A stretch of 64,000 nucleotides of DNA, from assembly GCA_046563655.1 (NCBI GenBank), contig CM102290.1:12834001-12898000 (forward strand), read 5' to 3'. The notes below the pieces were generated by a model, which searched no databases, was not told where the DNA came from, and saw only the letters and a program-made list of their open reading frames with translations. Both the position numbers and the translations under genes were made by a program. Of the stretch, positions 55,709-64,000 are shown in pieces. This DNA is from Yuukianura sp. NJ FZ-2021 (taxonomy: Eukaryota). Position 1 is the stretch's first letter, and each line of letters starts with the position of its first letter.

Positions 55709-55856
55709 ACTGCATTACTACTGCAGTAATAGGTTTAAGCTGCCATAATTTTTGTCAGCTTTTTCTTAGCAATAGTGTAAGTTACACTATTACTAAGAAA
55801 AAGCTGACAAAAATTATGGCAGCTTAAACCTATTACTACTGCAGTAGTAATGCAGT
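55709..55856. repeat. 148-bp near-perfect palindrome
   Basis: Arms of ~72 bp, one substitution plus a 3-nt indel, centred on GTGTAA-G-TTACAC. Confidence 0.92.
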
Positions 55857-58032
55857 GTAACCCAAGTAAAAATAAGTTGAGAGGAGACTTGAGAGAAAGT
55901 TAGAGTCAGGCTGACCCCGTGACCTCTTTCTGTTTCTCTTAAGTTCATACTCTGACATTTCAAATCCCAAGCCTTGTGAATGGTAAGAGTCCACCATAGC
56001 TACACAAGATTTAACGTCTGGACAAGATATGATATGTTGTGTAAACGATTGACTAGTTAACCTGGCTTAGTTAACAGCTCCACAAGTCTTCAAACTTAAC
56101 CTACCTTCGTTTGTTTAAGTTATTGGTTTGTTTACACAGGTTTCTTCCACAGAGAAAGTGAAGGTCAATCAAGGTCAACTTGAGTCTCAGTGCAGTGCTA
56201 GATTTTGATTGGCACGCCTCTTAGCCCGGTCCAAATCAGGAACACAAACGGTTAATACACTTACTACTAATTGACGAAGCTCCACCTCTATTCAATTATT
56301 CATCGTGCTAGCCAATCACCATTTTCCATTACAGTCACTTCAAGTTACCAACAGCAATGATTGACAAGCATCCACCAAAACAATGTACAGTGAGTTGATG
56401 TGATTTTTTAAATTCTTTATATTTTCCGAAAAGTTCCATCAGTCGCTTCGTAAAAACCTCCGAACCGAACCGAATTGTGGCTTCGTAGAGAGAGTTATTA
56501 GTAAATTGAAAGTTACAACAAAAATCAGCGTAGTTTGATTGATTTGAGCGACAATTTCTTCTCACTTCAAGCGTAGCATAACTGTCTTTTAGATCTTGAA
56601 CCCATCGCGGTAGAAAGTTTTAACGGCGTTTTACAGATCAAGTCGAAGGCCAAGGCCATTCTGTAGTACTAATTAAAGTTAATTACGTTTATCCTTCCAC
56701 TTCCAAGTGTTAACTTGTTTGTTTCTCTGTGGAGACTTAGTTTTTTGAGTTACATCTTCCAGGTTACAACAGTTTCTTGGAACGATTCATCAGAAGAAAC
56801 GAATTACCCTATTTATCGGCGTAGGTATGTAGGTCAATGACCTCCCTAACACTGTTGACTCTTCCATCTGAGCAGTGTTTCCAGTAAAAGTGCTAGGTAG
56901 CTTACTGGTAAACGACAGTGTGGTGCACAACAACAATTTTAATTACCGTAATTAACTTAATGTGCAGTCACGCATGCGCCTACGGAAGTTACCTCAGTTC
57001 AGCCTATTCATGGATACTCCCTCAGTAGATGAGAACTTATTGGAAACATTTTGTTTTTAGAGGGCCCATTACTAGAGTAGTTAGGCACTGGCGACTCATA
57101 CAAACTTTGTATTACAAAGTTAGTTAATTAACAACTATTTGAGTCCTGCATTTAGTGTTAAAAAGTATAACTATTTTCATGGTTAAGATTACAGCAGTGT
57201 TTACAGTGCCTCTTAACATCTAAGAAATGTATTCACTCTCTTCTACTCATCTTGGACTCATCCTGTCTTCGTCAGTCTCTCATCTTGTACTACCAAGAGG
57301 AACAACTACCGTCGTAAAGTATACAACTAATTCCTCAGTTCCAATTAATCTTGAGTCGTTGATCACCAAGACTACCGTGTTCTCTCCCAGTTTGAAAAGT
57401 ACTACTATGCCCATACACACAGTTACTACGCTAAATAGTGTCTCACACAAGTTCGTCTACTGGAACAGAACGAATCAGATTAATTTGCAGTGTTTATAGT
57501 ATTTGCTCCAGGGAATTCCCATTTGGTGCGCCATGGTCATCTTCTACCCAATGTCGTCAATTAGTATGTCAACAACGTCCATTCAAACAACGTCATTCGT
57601 CAACATCGTCTTGTAATAGTTATTTACTGTTCCCCGGTCGTGCCCAGGATCTGGGTAACCCTTGACGTTCAACTTTGACAAGTTGCGATATATTGTCCGG
57701 GAAATACTGTACGATAACAAGAAAACACAAACTAAATGTCATTCTGAAAGTTTATTTAGCCTCCACTCGGACATGGATCACTGCACCAACTCTCCTCATC
57801 TTTTACACTACCAAGTAAACGAGTAGTTTTCCTCTGCTGGAGTGTGTGAATTGGTCAAAATGGTAAATTAACTCAATTGACTTATGTATTTTTTCTGACA
57901 CTATTAGCTTTTCTTCTAGCCGTTATGTCTGCTCTAATTATTTTGGCTTTAACACTGCCTTTAAATCTTAGTTGATAGCAAAGTGGTGCTGGAGAGGCAA
58001 GGAATTACGAGATGGTAGTGGATCTTTTAGTA

Positions 58033-58359
58033 CAGTGGAGCCCCTCTTTTTTCGTTCGGTATACCATAAACCTCGCACTGTTCACCCTAAAAAAAATCGG
58101 TTTATGTTGTTTAATCAGTGTTGCTGGGTATCCACTTTTTTGACGCTTCGTCCAGTGTATAATATATTTCACCCGGTTTTATCCGGACGAAATGGCTGGA
58201 TAAAACGGGTACTGCCAATAATTTGTGTAGGTGGAAGAAATATTTTATCCACACGACGACACTGGGTCTAATAACCTCCGATGTGCTGGAATATGGAATA
58301 TGCAACTTTACGTTTATTCAAACCATTCAGAATGTGTTACGGAATGAGAGGGTTTACTG
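58033..58359. mobile_element. TA-flanked MITE containing a nested CAGTGTTGCTGG-family MITE (58116-58264)
   Basis: Outer TA|CAGTGGAGCCCCTC / GAGAGGGTTTACTG|TA; inner element flanked by TGTTTAAT/GGTCTAAT. Confidence 0.65.
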
Positions 58360-58987
58360 TATTTAAAAAGATGCTGCCATTCATTTTGCATGGCTCTAAT
58401 GAGATTCAGATTAATATAGTTTCTGTCAATTGTGCAACTTAAATTTCCCCGTACCGTCCACTGCTAAATATGAAACAAGTCGTAAGTAGTGCATATGGCT
58501 TCTTCACCCTCCCCCAACTAACACATAAAGTTTAAGTGGAGTGTGCTGGCTCAAACATGGTTGATGGAACTGGAGAACTGGATATAAGGCTTTTCTCAAA
58601 TGCCCAATACCTGCCCCGTAGTAGTTGTCGATCTTGGATTTAAGATTTATGCTCCAGAAAGGACCTAAATGTTACTAGTGGACGAAGATGATATGCTAAA
58701 GTGTCGAGACGAGATCTCTCTGGTTTATTCATTCTGTCGAGAAGACATTCTTCGGCCGATCTCTCTCAAGATACTTGACCAAACCCTATTTCATAAAAGT
58801 CCACTCCTGTTTTCAATGTTAGCATATTATTATCCGAGTTCTCTCACAATTCCCTTCGTGAAGTGGTCCACTTTGCTCTTAAAGTAGGCTAATCTCGACT
58901 TCTTGGAATATGGACTTACTTTTACATAGTCCCGAAATTCGGTGAGTAACAAAAACAATTACAATAAGAACTACTTCTGTGGAACAG

Positions 58988-59142
58988 CAGATCTGTCAAA
59001 AATATTTACTAAAAACTAGCGAAATAATTAAATAAATGCAATATTTACTTGAAAAAGTCGAAATATTTAGTAACAAAAAGATCCGAAATATTGATTTTGT
59101 TAACATTACAGGCATGAGAACTACGTATTTTTGGCAGGTCTG
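58988..59142. mobile_element. hAT-like MITE (family shared with 6416-6602)
   Basis: CAGATCTGTCAAAAATA / TATTTTTGGCAGGTCTG; flanks TGGAACAG/TTGATCAG (6/8). Confidence 0.7.
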
Positions 59143-59632
59143 TTGATCAGGGCTAGTTTTCCCCAACTTTTCATGTAATTTCGTTTCCTTTGTTTTTCGT
59201 TTTGCTCCAATCCAAAAAAAAAGTTATACTAGGAAAGCTCAGAGTGAAAGTTTAGTTGAACATATTTTTTACAGCACTGCGTCACTTTTGAATTGTGTGG
59301 CATTCCACAAATTTACAATAAGGAAGACATTAGTAGACTTTACCAGGGATTTTTTGTTTATAGTTCTAATTTTGCTTGTGTCGCACAATTGCATCATTTG
59401 AGTTTAGTACTTACGCTTCTGAGTATGCTTCCCATGTACTACTGTAGCACATTTATGTTCCAATTCATTGTAACAATGGCAGTTAAAGAATGGACATTAT
59501 TTTGTTTCTTGTAAACAGGCTATCATTGGATATTTGAAGAATATTGGGCAGCTTTTGAAAGACGATCGAACCAGTTTCAAAGAAGGACCGAAGCCTGAAA
59601 CACTGTGAATCTCCTATACAAATTCAATCAAA

Positions 59633-62600
59633 ATGTATTCACCGAGGGGCACTGCACGACCTGGCCATCTCTATTTCAGTCTCCGACTGTGTGTACTAGT
59701 CCTTGTGCCGTTTACGACACTTATACTAGGAAAAGCCATTTTGCCCAACTATGGTTCAACAGTTTGGGCGGGAAATCAAGAACAAAATGGACTCCGAGAT
59801 GTTCCTAACCAGACTTCTAGTCAACTCGTTACCCGGTTTCGGAGAAATTCAAACAGTACTGGCATTGCTTCAACAACGCCTTCTCCTATGTCACTCTTTG
59901 GAGTTGCTTTTGAGTATGACACGGAAAAGCAATATGTCAACTTCGATGATGGTCGGATTTACATCCTGGAAGGAACGATTGTCAACATTAGATTGTTCGG
60001 AATTTTCCTTCCCGGGTCAAAACTGAAGCTATCCAAAACGAATTCAACGTGCGACGAGAATTCGGCAGGCTTACCGGTAAAATTTTAATTCGGATGTTAC
60101 ATGATCAAGTGAGAGCGACATAATGTTAATCCTTTGTTTGTTTTAGATTAAACTTGAAGAAATGATTAGCAAACCTACAAGTCAAGTACGTCAACTGCAC
60201 AACTACACTTTTGGACGTGTGGAAAATGTTATACTGCCTACGAAAGATGAGTATCCCGATGTATATTTTTGTCTCTGGGATCCAGAAATGGAAGTATGGG
60301 AACCCCAAGGAAGCAGTTTGGCTACGCATATTCAACTTACTGGCAAACCACTTCCGATTTGGGTCGAAATCATTCTGATCATCTTCCTACTTTGTCTCTC
60401 TGGGTTATTCTCTGGACTCAATCTGGGACTTATGTCACTCAACAAAACGGATCTGAAGATTCTCATCAACACTGGAACAGAACTGGAACGAGAATATGCT
60501 TCCAAGATTCAACCTGTGCGTAACCATGGAAACTTCCTGCTCTGCTGTCTCTTGTTCTCCAACGTCTTAGTCAACGCTACTCTGACGATTCTCATGGATG
60601 GTCTCACTTCCGGTGCTGTCGCAATTGTCTTTTCGACTCTCTGTATTGTCATCTTTGGTGAAATTATACCTCAAGCAATATGCTCTCGGTATGGCCTTGC
60701 TGTCGGCGCCAAAACAATTTATATCACCAAGTTCTTCATGGTCCTCACTTTTCCGCTGGCGTATCCCCTTAGCCGAATTCTGGACAAATGTCTTGGAGAA
60801 GAAATTGGAAGTGTCTATACCAGAGAAAGACTCAAGGAACTCCTCAAGGTTGATACAAATTTTCACAAAAATTTCGAAAATTAGTCATAAGAGGTCGGTG
60901 TGAAAAAAATTAGTGTAACTTTTCATACATTTCCAGGTCACAAAAGACTATCATGGATTGGAACACGAGGAAGTGGCCTTAATTTCAGGTGCTTTGGACA
61001 TGAAGACTAAAAGTGTCAGTGACATCATGACGAAACTGGATGCTGTAAGTTTTTTCGATTCATACTCAAAGAAATACACTTCAACGCTCTTCTCCACACT
61101 CCAATTGTTAATTGACTTTTCAAACTTTTACTTTTTAGGTCTTTATGTTGCCACTGGACTCAAATTTGGATTACGATACAGTTTCAGAAATTGAATTTCA
61201 AGGTAAATTTTTTGATTGTGAGAGGAATTATTGCATCATTGTTTGGAAAAATGGTAAGTAGGCCGGTTATGTTATTATTTTCAGGGTTTACTCGGATTCC
61301 GGTGTACGACAAAACACGGAGTAATGTGGTAGCAGTACTTAACGTGAAGCAACTGACGCTACTGGACGCTAGTGACAACATTCCTATTCGGACCGTAGTA
61401 GAATACTACCAGAACTCCATATTCTACGTCTTTGAAAACACAAGACTTGATGTCATTTTTCGTGCTTTTCGAGAAGGTAACGTCAACTTTTCAAGTTTTC
61501 CCGCAAATTGTTTCATATTTTTCAAATATTTTGGAATGTTGTGATTTCTAGGGAATCGTGGTCACATGGCGTTTGTTCAAAGAGTGAATGACGATGGACC
61601 GGGAGACCCATTCTATGAAGTCATTGGAGTTGTCACTATGGAAGACGTTCTGGAGGAACTTCTACAAGCAGATATTCTAGATGAAACGGATGGTTAGTTG
61701 TCAATTCCACTTTTGCAGGTTTTACTTAAACTTGTTCCATTGTTTAGCACGGATTTAATCGCCTAACTTTCATTTTTTCAAAACTTTTAGTTGGGAAGTT
61801 CAAGGCCCGTTTAGAAAACAAAGACAGACCGAAACCGTTTCTGTCCAAGAAAAGAACTGCAGCGGCAATTTCCGTTCCGCCGCCTCTGGCTCTAGCAGCA
61901 TGTCAATTTTTGACAACCGGTAAGTCCCATTTTGATTTAATCGATTTTTCTATGTTTTAAATTCAAAATTTCATTTTTATGTTGATGTTTAGCTGTTCCT
62001 GCCTTCAAGCGAGAAACTATTTCAGAAAATATTTTGAACAGACTCGTCAAAACTACTGTCACGATTACGAAACCACCAAAATTTTTGGACAAGGATCTTC
62101 AAAATCATGTTTACCTTTATGAAGCTGTAAGTCAATGAAGTCAATCTGTTTCGCCCTTATTTCTCTTAACTTTTAACACTTTACAAAATGTCTTTTGTTT
62201 TTGTTCAGGGGAAGCCAAGTGATGTGTTCATTATGATCCTGGAAGGAAGAGTTCAAGTGGAAGTTGGCAAAGAAAACTTGACATTTCAGGCTGGGCCATT
62301 TCAATGTTTCGGAGCTGAATTCCTCATGACAAAACCGACGGATGGTAATTCAATGAACAAATTTGTTATACATAGAAAAAAAAATATTACTATCATGAGT
62401 CACAACGTTTAATTATGAATTGTTCGTTCTGTTTAGCTTCTCATGAAAATGATTCTGGTGCTGTGCCGTCTGACCCGGCAGTTACTCGGAAACATTGCTT
62501 TGTCCCTGACTACACGTATGCAAAAAATGCTAACGAAGCGATACATTTTGTTCGAATCTGAATGCTTCATGTTGTTGAATTGACTTTTTACAGGGTTCGA

Positions 62601-63266
62601 GTTCTTAGTGAAACATTTTACATGAAAGTCAGGTAAATTGAAATGTAGTTTACTTAACAATTTTATGTCTCCACTTTTCGGAAATTTTTTCTTAAGAATC
62701 TTGAAAAGACTTGAAAAGAAAAAATCTTGCAAATTTTTTTCAATTGTGAAATTTTTTAGGTACGGAGCCTACTGTGCCGCCAAAGTAGCAACAGAAATGG
62801 AAAAGAAGTATAGTGCAGACCCTAACGCAGCATTTTCTAACCAGAATTGGCGCAAGGAAGTGGAAGACGTGAGAATATTCACTCATGAAACCAATTGTTG
62901 AACATTTTGAAAACAAATTAAATCGTTTTTTTTCTTAGATTTTGACTGTTGCGGATGAAGATTTGTTCAAACATCAACGACGAATGCTCTACGTGAGTCA
63001 CTTATTTTTTGAAATTTTTGAAGAAATAAAAAAAAAACGACTTTGTTATACAGAATGACTCTCAGGACGAGCACTCGAGTTCAGAAACTGACGAAGCAGC
63101 CAAATCGCTCATCCCGGAAGAAGACAAAGACGATGAGCCGGCAAAGGATGTCAATGCAAAACCTCAGAAAGACGTAGTCCTTCCTCCGGCGGGAAGCGGC
63201 GACATGAACGTCCGTTTCAAAAACATGGAATCAAACTCAAAAGGAGCTTCCTCACCTCACACTTGA
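59633..63266 (+). CDS. uex: CNNM-family Mg2+ transporter (Unextended-like), multi-exon
   Basis: Signal-like N-terminus and ectodomain; DUF21 ([49 protein letters not shown]); CBS pair ([48 protein letters not shown]); CNBH domain ([17 protein letters not shown]). Confidence 0.95.
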
Positions 63267-64000
63267 ATTACTGTTTTGACACTGAAATGTTCTTTTTCGT
63301 TTCAAGTTTCTCAAAATCTGCACATCCAGAGCCGAATTTTCGTCTGTTTCCCTTCCCACGCCTCAAACAATCTCATCCTCACAGCATTTTAAGTTTTTAG
63401 TTCACGGGGTACTTATTTGAAGTAGGAATTTTTAAAACTCTTTCTGTACATAATAGATTTGGATTTGAGGGAAGACAGTACTATGGATATTATGATGAAC
63501 AAAATTCATATTTTGTTTGGCGCCGCATGAACCTCCCTCCATTGCCCGGTGCTTCATAGACGCATCACGACTAATACACGACGCATGTGCAAGGATTTGT
63601 TTTATGAGTAAGGTTTATGTAAACTTTGAAAGGTTGTGCCATTTTTTTGTTGTTTGTCGAAACCGTTTTGAACCATATTGAGGCTGAAACGTCCTCCCAA
63701 AGAAAAAGTTTTTTCTCAAAAGAAAGTTACCGAAAGTTTAAAATTTTTTGCTAGTTTTTAAAACTAAATAGTTCCTTTGCATGTTCCTAGTTAAAATATT
63801 TAAATCCAACACAGCAAAAAATATTGTATGACGGTGTTATTGATGTCTGCAAAAATTAATTTTTTTTGGACGGCCTGACACCATATAACATGTTTATGTA
63901 ATAGTGATCCCAGTTTCGGTCGTCCGCCCGAAAGGGTTTTCCGGACATCTCCGTCTTCCAACGGAAAACGTCTTTCGGAGATTTCCGTTGTCCGTCAGAG

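Noticed and set aside
54750..59500. Short ORFs in the long region upstream of CNNM
   Set aside because: No coherent exon chain or recognisable domains; probably 5' UTR introns and regulatory DNA
63908..64000. Possible repeat or MITE start at the window end
   Set aside because: Truncated; the other end cannot be seen

Overview
Gene-dense eukaryotic (animal, most likely arthropod) genomic DNA with many short (~55-90 nt) GT-AG introns; the ORF track therefore shows exon fragments, and I stitched genes by hand from splice sites and protein motifs. Order: TAF1B/Rrn7 (-, truncated at window start), Ste20 kinase SLK/Slik (+), CUB-domain chymotrypsin-like protease (+), a highly diverged BRD8-like gene with an apparently degenerate bromodomain (-), BBS1 (+), tRNA-Cys(GCA) and a degenerate tRNA-like A/B-box element (-), TSNAXIP1 (-), HtrA2/Omi (+), a small orphan ORF (-), a CYP2-clan P450 (-), SERAC1 (+), an uncharacterised coiled-coil gene with a probable membrane-anchor terminal exon and an upstream micro-ORF (+), two tandem aldo-keto reductases (-), and a CNNM/Unextended Mg2+ transporter (+). 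Introns and intergenic DNA carry more than 20 MITE or foldback insertions from several DNA-transposon superfamilies, two of them nested; no transposase is encoded in the window. The strongest candidate for novelty is the BRD8-like pseudo-bromodomain gene, which lies head-to-head with BBS1 across an X-box. Family assignments rest on my recall of motifs, not on database searches, and exon boundaries are unverified predictions.
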